A stretch of DNA of 64,000 nt from a virus: IMG/VR virus record IMGVR_UViG_3300028394_000034; one strand, 5' to 3'. The notes below the pieces were generated by a model that was not told where the DNA came from, ran no database searches, and saw only the letters and a list, made by a program, of their open reading frames with translations. The position numbers and the translations under genes are program-made. This document shows positions 40,511-51,735 of the stretch, piece after piece (position 1 is the stretch's first letter; every line of letters starts with the position of its first letter).

Positions 40511-43500
40511 TCACGCAACCGTCTCGACTTCCTTCTCTACCTTACCATCATGGGCATCACCCGCAGCTTCCGCAGTCACACCCGTAACCCTAGCTCGCCA
40601 CACCTTATACCCCTGCTCACTAAAAGCCTTGATACCAGCGGGCTTGACATTCGCATGAACATCACCAGGAAGCTCATCATTCAACGCCTTGGTCAGCGTA
40701 GCCACAACATCAGCCGAATCAATCTCGTCGCCAACAATATCAACCGCAAAGCTAAACTTCTTCATCTTACGTTCTCCAAAAAGTGTTACAGTTACCAATC
40801 GTTCTAGTATCAGTATACGTTACTGTTACCCACTTGTCAAGTCCGTCGTGATGGTTTCTAGTGTTGGCATCATCGCGGAGTCTTGTCTCGTGATACTCCC
40901 ATTCTACAGTATAGTATCGTCATTGTCAAGCAGGAACTTGAGTGAGCCTCAAAGATTTTTGATTTTGTCCTAAGTTCTTTCCAGATAAGGACTTACATCA
41001 AATTCGGCGGGCCGGCCTCTCCCTAAGTTCTTTAGGGACAAGGCTTTAGGTCATGAGAGAAAACCCTCACAACCCAAGGTGGTCAACTCACGCAGCAGTG
41101 CCTCTGCCGCTTCCGGCGTTTTCAGAGTCATGCTGTGCTTAACGCCTGCTGGTGCTGGATGCCACTTGTCGTACTTCCAGCCACCAACCAGATAATCACT
41201 CCAATCCTTGGCTTCCTTCAGACCCCATCCGGTGTGGAGGCGAATAGCCTTGATGCAAGGGATGCGATTGTCCAGATTCATACCACCCGTGATCGTCACA
41301 ACACGTCGCTGGTTCACACCCAGTGCCACCTCCAACGCACACACAATCTTGTCGAACATATCCAGACTGCAACCGTTTGCAATCATGTTCAACGACTCAC
41401 GGACGCTCAGTTCGATCTTGATCATAAATTCCAAAACTTTCTGTATACTTAGGGTCTATCTCGTAAATACCGTCAAAATTTCCGTCACGTTCTTCCAGAA
41501 TATGTACCTGTCGCCCATCGGTAACTAAGGTATCATACTCACTGTTATCCCAAACAAACTCACCACCATCACTCTCCCTACGCCAATGTACGTCTTTGAT
41601 TGGGTTATAATACAACTTCTCAAGATTGTCAATAGGTAAAGAGGGATAAAAATCCTTGCGAAGCATAACCTCCTCGCATTGTACCCAACCACTAACATTC
41701 TTTTTCTGTTTCTTATTGACCCATTTTGCCCTAGCTACCTTATTTACCAGTTTGCAACCACGCATCTCCAACTGGTATTCTGTAGGGTCTACATAAAATT
41801 GGTCAACCCTTTTCTTACCTTGCATCACGTTTACCTGCCATTTTTTATAATTAGGCCCGTTTAGTAGATGAAATCGTACTTCGGCGTGTTTTTCTACCGT
41901 TTTCATTTACCTCTCCAAAGAACAACACAATGCGTAATCTCATCTTCAGTAGGACCGAAAGACATAGAATGTCGTCCATTATACCAGCTAATCTTCTCTT
42001 GTCCATCCCAATTATCATTTAGACGAACAGCAGTATTAGGTCTAATTTCAACATTATCATATCCACACTCATAACCCGGCACCAGTACAAGCATATCTTG
42101 GGGTAGCTTGTTAAGTTCTTCGATCAATTCAGCAACAGTCATCATATTCCCTTTCGTGTTACCACTATCTTACACTACTATTATCGACAAGTCAAGAGGA
42201 AATCTTGAAAAAATATGGCTAATCGTAAAGTCTTTAGAGATAAGGACTTACGGCAGATTTGGCCGCCCGCCCTTGAGCTAAGTTCTTTAGCACCAAGGAC
42301 TTATGTCAACCACTAGGATAATCGGGTGGAACTGGTCGGCTAGGCTTTTCTGGCTTCTTAGTAATACCTTCCTCATAAGGCATCCACCACGGAGCATCCA
42401 TACGGTCTACAAGACCAATAGATTCATGGCAAATTAAAATATGAGGACTAACAGGATCGTCAGCATGATATTCATAATGACCAAGCCACACACCAATATG
42501 TTGCCCGTAATAGAATATCTCTTGATAATCTTTTGGTTGCTTCTCAAAAAAACTAATCCATTCCATTATTTATATACCTCTATTTGCCACCGATCATACT
42601 TCAATTCAGCCGTTACACTCATGCCCAACTTAACCAGTTCAGCCACAATTTCGGCCAAACGCTCAATCTCATTAATATTTAAGTAGATCATTATATCCTC
42701 AATGTCATCTTTTCCCACACTTCGATCAAATCTTTAGCAGTTATACCATGCTCCTCTGCTAAAGTCAATGCTTCATCCCTATTAGGTTTACACATCACCA
42801 TCATGGCGCTTTTCAAAACTTTCAGAATCTTAATAATCGCTTCATCCTTGCTCATAGAAAGCCTCCCTCTCTGCATATACTTCTGCCACTGCAATTCTAA
42901 CTTCTATCCAATCTTCTAGAGTATCAAAACTCTCAAGGCTTTCGGCCAACTCACTATCCTCATAGCATTCCACTATGTATTGGCCCCAACTCGTATAATT
43001 ATCTTGGGCGAGTTGTTTTGCTTCAGCAATCAGTTCTTTTGTAGCAATCATTATCTTTCTCCTTTGTATTGTATACCGGGTGTTAATGGATCGACTTATC
43101 GAAGCGACGGGACTTGAACCCGCAACACCGCCACATATAGTGTGGAACTCTACCAATTGAGTTACGCCCGACGATAGTTTTACGAATAATGTCCGGTATC
43201 ACGCATTATCCAACCCAGCCAGTAAACTTGGTTTCTATCCGACCCCTGTTTGTAAACGTGGTGAGGACGCGATCCCCCATAGATTGGTACTACTATCCAA
43301 CGTACAGCCCCGTTGGCAACCAACTATAGACATTATCCATAGCCGGTTTATCGTAGTAGGCTATCCCAACCTAGTCCAAGGCATGGACCCACGAGTTTTG
43401 TATTGTAAAGCAGATAGGGTTGAGCCATACTCGACAGCCATTTAACCGTGGCTACTTTGATATCATTCTGCCAGCGGCCGCTATCTGCTTATGTGCTAAG

Positions 43501-46500
43501 TATACATCTATTATCGTCACTTGTCAAGAGCTATCTATAGGAATTCCAAAAATTTTTTAGAGTTGATGTAACCCTATGATACACAAGCACTTACGTCAAA
43601 TTCGGCCGCCCCGCCTTACCCTAAGTTCTTTAACTATAAGGGTTTATGTCAAGGGTCCCATGTTCTGGCTGACTATACCCACTCAGCCCAAATCCGTAGG
43701 ATTAGGCGGGACAAACTTTAGAGATTCGCTCAATGAGCAAATTATTTCCATAAAGTTTCTCAGCCTGACGCAAAGCATGGTAGGTACTGTACGCTTGAAC
43801 ATACCCAACAATCTTGCTGCCCTTCATTACCATGTAGGTATCGGTACTCATTCGTCCTCCACTAGTGCAGGAAACATTCTATCCCAAGACTCACTATCAA
43901 TTCCCGTTTTGAGAATCTCACGATCATCAGCATTGAGATACGGGAAAGCAGTTTGAATCAACTCTCCATTGACCCAACGCTGGGCATCTTCAAGCTTAGT
44001 GACTATGGAAAACTCACGAAGGCCAGTAGACAACCCACTGAACTCAATCATATCCACACCGTCCACAGTCTTGATCGTTCGCGTTGTCCGATTTGTCAAA
44101 GCATATGGCGTAAACAGCATCTTTTTCTCCTTTAGGTTCCTCGTATTGTACACTACTAATATCGGCGTGTCAAGAGAAAAACTTTGAGAAAAATTATGTG
44201 ACGTAAAGTGTTGATGAATAAGGACTTACATCAAACGCGGCCCGCCGGCCTCGCCCTAAGTGCTTTCGCAGCAACGACTTAGGGGTTGGTCAGCTTTTAG
44301 GCAGTACCTGCTATCTTTTAGAGCAGGCTAGCGACTCCACTCTTGAACAGAACCTTAGCAAGCAAAGGCTTTCGGCAGTTGCTCACACGCTCTGCATAAA
44401 AGTTACGAATCTTACCGTCAGGAGTCTGGCAAGTCACCAGATTCGCAGTACGAATGAACTCAGGATCACCGATACGATATCGGCTCTTGCGATTCAACCT
44501 CGCAATCTGGTCAGCAGTCAACGTCTGCTTGCCAACAACCTTAGCAAGAAAACGCTCATGCGTTCCATGCAACGGCTGCTGATAAACAAAGTTGTAAACC
44601 TGACCATCCTTAGCATTCGCCAAGCTGGCCTTGCTTCCACCGTAAACGGAATAGAAGACAAACCCTACAACAGCACAAGTAACCGCAAACAGAATACCAG
44701 TCAACACAACAAAATCACTCATAAGAAACCCTTTCAAATTGAAAACCAATCTAACATCCATGCCACAAGTCTACACTATATATCGACCGTTGTCAAGCAG
44801 AAACTTTAGAAAAATTTTCTTCCCAGTATTCTGCCATTTCAGCCATGTTGATACCGCTATCGTTCCAAGCAACTCCATCCGAAGTTTCATATCGGATTCT
44901 GGTCTTTTCAAACATTTCACGAAGAACAATTCTGAAATGACTGAAACATTCGCATTGTTTAGCGATACCGTACAACATTTCATCATTACTGATCCACAAG
45001 CAAACATTCCACGTTTGATAGTTTGCGTAACCGTTATAGCTTCCGTCCGGACTCATGCTTCACTCTCTCTTTCTTGTATACGTCATTCTACTATACAATA
45101 TCGTCTAATGCAAGGGCTAAACTTGAATCTTACAAGATTGTAAGGATCGACGTAAAGCGTTGATACATAAGTACTTACGACGAAGCCGGCCCGCCGCGTC
45201 GGCCCTAAGTGCTTGAACACAAAGGGTTTACGACGAGTGATAGTTTACTCAAAATCAACAAAGATAATTTGAGCATAACCGCGAGGCTTGACGGTATATC
45301 CGTCTCCGTAATCGCACGTATCAGCCTTGACCGCTGTCATACCAGCCAGAGCCTTAGCCTTACGAACAACGCTACGCTGGCTAGCATTCTTCTTGGGGAT
45401 AAACTCGTAACGATTCACCCAGCCATAGTTAGCTTCGCCACCAAACGTATCCGTATGAGTCACAACACACTTCATTTTGCCAATTCCTTTGCTTTCATGG
45501 TTTCAAAATACAACTGTTCCAACAACTTAACTCTACTTACTGCACGACCAGCTTCACGATTCATGAGTATAACAGCTTTTTCGTGTGCTGTCAATACCTT
45601 CTTTTTCGTTTTCATTTCAGTCTCCGTAAGTATCAGAATCGTTCATGTAAATTAATCGACCAACTCGGTTAGAACAATTATATTCCTTATTCCAACCAGC
45701 TTCAATTTCTGGAGACTTTTCAGGCAAGCCTACAGACTTACGATATTCAATCCATTTTTCTTCATTAGTCATTTCTGCTCTTCATCTTTCTTTAATGGGC
45801 CACGATAGCCTTTAAATCTTTTCAACTCACCATAGTAATTACGACCAGCAGAACCGTGTTGAGTCTTTTTCTTTTTAGGCTTTTCGTACATAACCTTCAA
45901 CAAAAATTCATAGTGTAAATCCATTTTATACTCCTAACCAAACATCTCATATTCTTCATCAGTCAATGCTACCTCATCTGGACGATAACAATTGTTGCCA
46001 TACAGATCACGATTCTTAGGACGCTTTTCCCATTCATCCATGAATCGGTTATACTCTTCGATACGCTTTTCTTCTTCACTTTTCATCATTCACTTTTTCT
46101 TTCTCTAATACCTTATATCGACAAGTATAGCAGACAATCTTTAGCTGTCAAACAGAAAGTTTTCTTACAATATCGTAAGGTTGGCGTAAAGTGTTGGCAT
46201 ATAACGACTTATGTCAAATTCGGCCCGCCGCGCCGGCCCTAAGTGCTTATGCACAAAGGGTTTACGGCGAATTTTCAATCGTCGTATGGGCCATCATCAT
46301 TATAATCAACAAATCCGACAGCTTCATCAGCGTGGAAATCTTCCTGGTAATCTAAATCTTCCCCGTAATAGCCGTAGGACTCATCCATTCCATGTCCTGC
46401 GGAAGCCAACGCAGATTCAGCATCACCATCCATACTATCATCAAACGAATCATCCTCAACCTCATAATCGGAAAGGTCAGTGTCCATGCACTCACCGTAG

Positions 46501-49500
46501 AAATCTTCAACATCGTCGTATTCGTAGCTCATGGTCAATCCTTCACAATGGTAGTAATGTAGAGCAGGCCAACATAGGACGCAACGAACGCAATCGCACT
46601 AAGCATCAATATACTCCTCTGGAATGAAATCGTCAACAGCACCCACCACTTCTGCCCAATCCCAAAAATTCACTTCCACGCTGGGATCGTCAATCGGCTC
46701 GACCATCGGTTCCACAATCCCCTTTTCGGCCATGTCGTTCAGAATGTCATTGATCTCGTCGAAGTTCAGCATGATTCTGTTTCCTATGGGTTTCCTTGTG
46801 ATGCTTCGATTATACACTTATCATCGACATATTGCAAGCCCCCCATAAAATTTCTTTCCTTATATTTTTGTAAGGTTCGCCGGCTATCGTTTGGCACGGC
46901 ATTTGCTGTTGGGGGGTTTTCGTAAAGTGTTGCAGGATAAGCACTTATGGCTCGCTGGGCCGGCCGAACTCGACGTAAGTCCTTATGAGTTAAGGAGATA
47001 CGTCAAGCCACACCCAAGAACAAAAGCTGTACCTAATAGAATATAATCACTAATTTTCATCATTTTCCTCCATATACATGATATGTGACATACTAGCAGA
47101 GAGTAAGATACCGACAATATAACCAAAAGCAACGCTAATAAAATCAAATTGATACATCCCTGTATCTCCAGTGTTATTGGGTCAATCCCCATATCCTACC
47201 CAGAACTCATCACCATTTTCATCTTTCATAAGAGTAAAGCCCCTAGACTTCATCCTCTCATATTCACCAAATCTCTGCCAGACTTCACAAATCGTTTCCA
47301 TACACTTGAGCATCATCCCCATAACCCACACAAACGGATATTGAATCATTCTCATAACCCTCTCCTATTCTGCACCATTCTACACTATTGTTATCGACCC
47401 GTCAAGGGCCCCGACTTTAGGCTGACTATACCCACCCTACCCAAATCCGTAGGATTAGCTCGGACAGTTATCTGTCCTTACTTGACAGACTCCATGTGTT
47501 CAAACGTGATGCACTTGTCCAGATAGATCGACCGATACCCCTGTTCGGCCTTGACCGTCAGGAGAACACGATCTCCAAACCCACGCACATTGACAACTTC
47601 ACCATTGACGATTTCACCGTTGTCATAATCCGCAAAAACAAAGTCACCGATTTTCATTGTTCTACCCTTTTCCTTTTCTCTTACTTGTTATATCGACATT
47701 ATACCAAAGGATATTTAGCTTGCAAGCGAAAAGTTTCCTTACAATTCCGTAAGGTTCGCGGAGAAAGTTTGGCACACCATTTGCTATAGAGACTCGACGT
47801 AAAGTGTTGGCACATAAGCACTTAGAGCAAATTCGGCCCGCAAAATTCGTCGTAAGTGCTTTAGCAGCAAGGGTTTACGACAAGTTTTTGAGTTTGCGCC
47901 TGTACACCCGTTTACCATCCACCCAAATGGGGAGGTATAGCTTAGGGTACAACTGAACATATGTATTCTTTACTAGACGCTCAGTCTCTAGTGTAACGTC
48001 GTACACTAGTATACAGTTGTTCATTCTTCCCCCTTGAAGCTGAACGGGCTGATTTCGAGATGAGCAACAACACCGTATTGCTTGGTCAGTTCCTCGACAC
48101 GTTCACGGCTACCCGGCTTACCAACCGGAACGATCATGGTATCCTCGCTACCGATCATCCGCGGGTCAACCTTTTCCATCTTGCTCTTGCCCATATTCTT
48201 CAATGCTGTCCGATTGAACTTCAGAACCTTTTCCACTTGGATCATCTCACCGTCGATGTCTTTCACTTCGGTAGGAATCGCCATACCAAGAAAGCACAGA
48301 CGGGCTTGACGCTTGGCAGCTTGAATGATCGGGAACTTGGTAGCCATGTTTCTTATCCTCTAGGGTTATCGTTCTCTTGTGAGTGTATTATACCAAACTG
48401 ATTTTCAATGTCCAGCAAAATCTTTCCTTACATTTTCGTAAGGTTTCTCGTCTCTCACACAGGAGTCGGATTCGACCGGTAGTATTTTGCCCACAGATCA
48501 TCGATCACGAACTGGACAACGCGATCATGTGAACCACGGCAGACATAGTAGCCCATGTGGATATCGAACAGAGCAAACGATCCATCCTCTTTCGGATGAA
48601 ACGTAAACCCACACTTGTAGGCGTAGGCGTTGATCTTACCCTTGACAGTCGAACTTTTCGGAGGCTTTCTCATTTTCATTCCTTCTTTCTTCTCTTGTTC
48701 TTATATCGACATTATACCATACCCTCTTTAGGTTGCAAGCAAAATCTTTCCTTACAAAGTCGTAAGGTTTGCCGGCCGTATTGGCACAGCATTTGCTATA
48801 TGCAATTATCATGCCAAACTTTTTTGGCACAGCATTTGCGTTACCGCTTGACGTAAAGTGTTGGTATATAAGCACTTATGGCAAATTCGGCCCCGAAAAT
48901 TCGTCGTAAGTCCTTTGGTATCAAGGGTTTACGTCGAATCTTTTGTACACTACTATACTACTGTATAGTCATCCCCTCGATATAGGGGAATACCTTACCA
49001 TTTGTATGTACGTTCCACTCTCCCTTTACTTGTCGAACATATCCCGGAATATACTGATTTATCCTATCCTTAGTCGTTGGGGTATACCATCCCCCTGTTC
49101 GTAGGGTATAGGTATTATCCTCATGGATTGTGACCACATATGTACTGTGGAGCATTACCCCTACGCTACCATCTGGCATAATCTCAGCATATGTATTGTT
49201 ACCAATCTTTCGGGATTGCCGGCCCGTCTTACCATGTACCATCTTTACTGCTTCAGTGTGTGTCATTTTGCTCACCAGCTTTCGCTGATCATCCCTAGTA
49301 ATTGTTGAAGAAACTGTAGAATCTCTTTTATGTTATATGTGGCATAATCCACATAACCATCGGGCAGATACCTAGACATAATTTTCTCAGTCGTTGTCGT
49401 GAAGGATGGAATGGATAGCGTTACCTACCTCGTGGGCAGTGTAAGACATGAAACCAGCAAAACTAATCAGGGCAAACAGCTGAACGTATTCGATAGGCGT

Positions 49501-51284
49501 AATCATTTAGGAGTCTCTCTTTCTTGTTTGTCTATTATACAGTATCGGCTATTCTCTTGTCAACCACTTAGAAATTCCAAATGCTTTTTGAATTATAGGG
49601 GAGCAGATCGTCAATCGGGAAGCCCGTAGCTTCTGCAACAATCTTTCGGGCTACCATCCAATCGGCGGCGGATGCTTGACCGATAAACTTGTGATCACCA
49701 TAGCTGAAGAAGTAAAACGTTTTCATTTTCTTTTTTCCTTTTCTCTTGTTTCTCTATTATACTCTATCGGTTATTGTCTTGTCAACTCTTGAACCTTGCA
49801 ATGTCGTAAGGTTCAGGCAAAATCCTCTTCACCAAAGAAATCATCGAGCCATTGGTCATCAGTCTCGATATGATCCTCAGTATCCCCCATAATGGGGTCC
49901 CAACCTTCCCCATCGTCAAGGCCCGGAATGTAGTCGGCTTCCATGCTATCGTCTGCAATGATCGTGCAATGCTCACCACACTGGGAGCAAATCTCATGAT
50001 CGACATTGCTTTCAGCATTGCAGCAATCGGAAACGTATAAGGTATTCTTTTCCATTTTCTTATCCTCTTTTCTTTCTTGTTCTCTTTTCTCTTATATCGA
50101 CATTATACAGTAGATTCTGAAACATTCAAGCAAAATCCAAAAAGATTTATGTCAAGAGATTTTGACAAAACTTTTCATCATTTTCTATACGATTGGCATA
50201 CCATTTGCTCTATGCAATTATCGTGCCAAACTTTTTTGGCATGAAATTTGCTGTGTGTTAAGATAGGTAAGATTGGGCCAAAAACGTGTCGTAAGTCATT
50301 GCAGCATAAGCACTTACGACGAGCCGGCCGCCGCGAATTTGACGTAAGTCCTTTATCCATAAGGGTTTGCATCAAGCCGGCCAGTATACAAGCGTATACC
50401 CTACAGAATAGAGTATAATTCCCCTACGATCACAAAGAACCTATACGCTAGAACAGTTAGCAGTATACAAGCGATCAGGTCTACAATTATCATGATACCA
50501 ATTCCTCTTTTGCTTGAAGTGATTCCACAAGAGCCCAACATTCATTGAACGTAATATGTCGGGCGATTACCACCCCACCATACCATACCTCATACCGATC
50601 CCCTGTCCGATTGGAAGTATTCCAGTAGATCATTTTCTTTTGCATGGCTTGTATCCTCTTTTCCGTATTGTATACGTTGTCCGTTTAGGTGTCAAGCGGT
50701 AGCCAAATAATTGCAAGAAACACACTTGTCGAGATACATTGAACGATATCCAACATTCTCGATTTTCAACGTGAACAGGAGTCGATACCCTTCCATATAC
50801 TTGACGCTCACGATTTCCCCAACAAACTTTTCACCCGTAGCATATTCGACCGAGACGTTGTATCCGATTTCCATTTTCATTTCCTTTTCTTTATCGTTCG
50901 TTTCTTGTTTCTGTATTATACTGATCGGCTTTTTTGTTGTCAATACCTTAGAAAATATTTTTACCGATAGATTCCATCGTTGATAACGTATCCGTCATTA
51001 TCCACTTCGATGAACTCTCCTTCATCACCCATCGGAAAGAAATATTCGATCATGTTTCGATTATTCTTCGCTTCGTCAAGCAGTTCTCCACCGATTGCAT
51101 ATTCGGTACCAACCAGAGTATCCAGTTCAATCGAATTGTTGTAGAGCACTTCGTTCAGTTCTTCCCGATTCATGATGATTTTCGTATTCTTCATTTTCTT
51201 ATCCTTTTCTTTCCTTGTTTTCTCTTGTGCTTTCATTATACAGTATTTATCGACCACTTCAATAGGAAAAATAAAAAAATCCAA
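40511..51284 (-). CDS. Early-region modules of small hypothetical proteins, each behind its own promoter
   Basis: Minus-strand ORFs at 40511, 41397, 41903, 42306, 42691, 42842, 43848, 44318, 44793, 45245, 46275, 46599, 48021, 48455, 48958, 49813, 50692 and 50961. Confidence 0.6.
41051..41434 (-). CDS. Ribosomal protein bL12 (L7/L12) C-terminal-domain-like protein
   Basis: RIPCIKAIRLHTGWGLKEAKDW matches the bL12 pattern KI.VIK.VR..TGLGLKEAK; also AEALLRELTTLG. Confidence 0.7.
   Translation of the reverse strand: MEFMIKIELSVRESLNMIANGCSLDMFDKIVCALEVALGVNQRRVVTITGGMNLDNRIPCIKAIRLHTGWGLKEAKDWSDYLVGGWKYDKWHPAPAGVKHSMTLKTPEAAEALLRELTTLGCEGFLS
43099..43171 (-). tRNA. Degenerate tRNA-like element; identity cannot be assigned
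   Basis: D-arm ACTC-AATTGGTA-GAGT and T-arm GCGGG-TTCAAGT-CCCGT are intact. The anticodon arm CCACA-CTATA-TGTGG lacks U33 and a 7-nt loop, and the acceptor stem is bulged. Confidence 0.6.
43172..43492 (-). ncRNA. Candidate ~320-nt structured non-coding RNA
   Basis: No ORF in the track; consensus sigma70 promoter directly upstream; many hairpins including a 10-bp AAGCAGATAG/CTATCTGCTT stem. Confidence 0.55.
45128..49811. promoter_or_regulatory. 7 copies of the palindrome CCTTAC-N6-GTAAGG upstream of -35 boxes
   Basis: Starts at 45128, 46163, 46858, 47737, 48426, 48750 and 49794. Confidence 0.75.
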
Positions 51285-51334
51285 AATATATTTTCATGCC
51301 AAATAACTTTTTTCTTTTTGGCACACCACTTGCG
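46891..51334. promoter_or_regulatory. Nine sigma54 (RpoN) -24/-12 boxes
   Basis: TTGGCAY-N5-TTGC with GG-N10-GC spacing. Plus strand: 46891, 47769, 48781, 48824, 50193, 50236, 51318. Minus strand: 48801-48817 and 50213-50229. Confidence 0.8.
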
Positions 51335-51674
51335 TTAAAACTTGACGTAAACCGTTGGCACATAAGCACTTACGACGAATTTTCGGGAGAGAGATCATCA
51401 TAAGTTGTTTATTTTCATATACTTACAGCTTAGGGGGTTTTTTTGTTTTAAATAGGCTAGGTAAATTGGGGAAGAAAAACCTGGGGTGGTCCAAACATAG
51501 TAAGCGACCTCCAGTATAATTGGCCAGTTTAATGACCACTTATTCTTTATTATATACTGATCCCATTAATCATATATCAAAAGCCCCCAATCTTTCTAGA
51601 ATATCATCGATCAACAGGGGGTATTTTACCAGCTAATTGAAAAACTAGAACGACCCATCTCTGATCCATAAAAT

Positions 51675-51708
51675 AAAAAAAAGAGGCAAGCATTTCTGCC
51701 TGCCCCTT
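51675..51708 (-). terminator. Rho-independent terminator
   Basis: AGGGGCAGGC-AGAAAT-GCTTGCCTCT followed by a T-tract. Confidence 0.75.
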
Positions 51709-51735
51709 TTAAAAGCCAGTAAGCTTTGATAGATT

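Larger units (their letters stand above)
30951..47466. repeat. 8 dispersed ~48-bp elements, consensus CTCGCTGACTAT..CCAC......CCAAATCCG.AGGATTAG
   Basis: Copies at 30951, 31262, 32204, 33053, 34574, 37240, 43665 and 47421. Confidence 0.8.
522..51262 (-). promoter_or_regulatory. About 25 sigma70-type promoters, most with a CGATA box in the spacer
   Basis: Examples: TTGACA-GTGACGATAACATACTG-TAGAAT (35990-35962) and TTGACA-AGTGACGATAATAGATG-TATACT (43527-43499). Others lie near 0.53, 3.31, 8.81, 12.99, 14.63, 18.27, 22.25, 26.55, 37.2, 40.24, 40.91, 42.18, 44.16, 44.78, 45.1, 46.82, 47.39, 49.55, 49.77, 50.93 and 51.25 kb. Confidence 0.85.
34804..51427. repeat. 15 dispersed 82-bp double-palindrome elements
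   Basis: Starts: 34804, 36019, 38594, 40286, 40969, 42224, 43567, 44202, 45151, 46185, 46921, 47798, 48852, 50290, 51346. Each has two imperfect CGTAAGTCCTT-N7-AAGGACTTACG palindromes 53 bp apart, with a GC-rich core in 14 of the 15 copies. Confidence 0.9.

Noticed and set aside
43099-43171. Functional tRNA-Ile(UAU)
   Set aside because: It has no U33 or canonical 7-nt loop, and the acceptor stem is bulged.
43172-43492. RNase P RNA, SRP RNA or group II intron
   Set aside because: I could not find GAGGAAAGUCC, the SRP GGAA-loop motif or a domain V motif.
30951-47466. Hammerhead ribozyme as the identity of the GCTGACT repeat
   Set aside because: The core is CUGACUA/CUGACUG rather than CUGANGA, and GAAA is present in only two copies.
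47880-48020. Hairpin-rich intergenic stretch (CTAGTGTA/TACACTAG) and the short direct repeat CAGTATACAAGCG near 50.38-50.47 kb
   Set aside because: Too little structure to separate from terminators or chance.
34804-51427. Integron attC sites or a CRISPR array as the identity of the 82-bp elements
   Set aside because: They lack GTTRRRY/RYYYAAC cores, no integron integrase is seen, and the copies are separated by whole genes.
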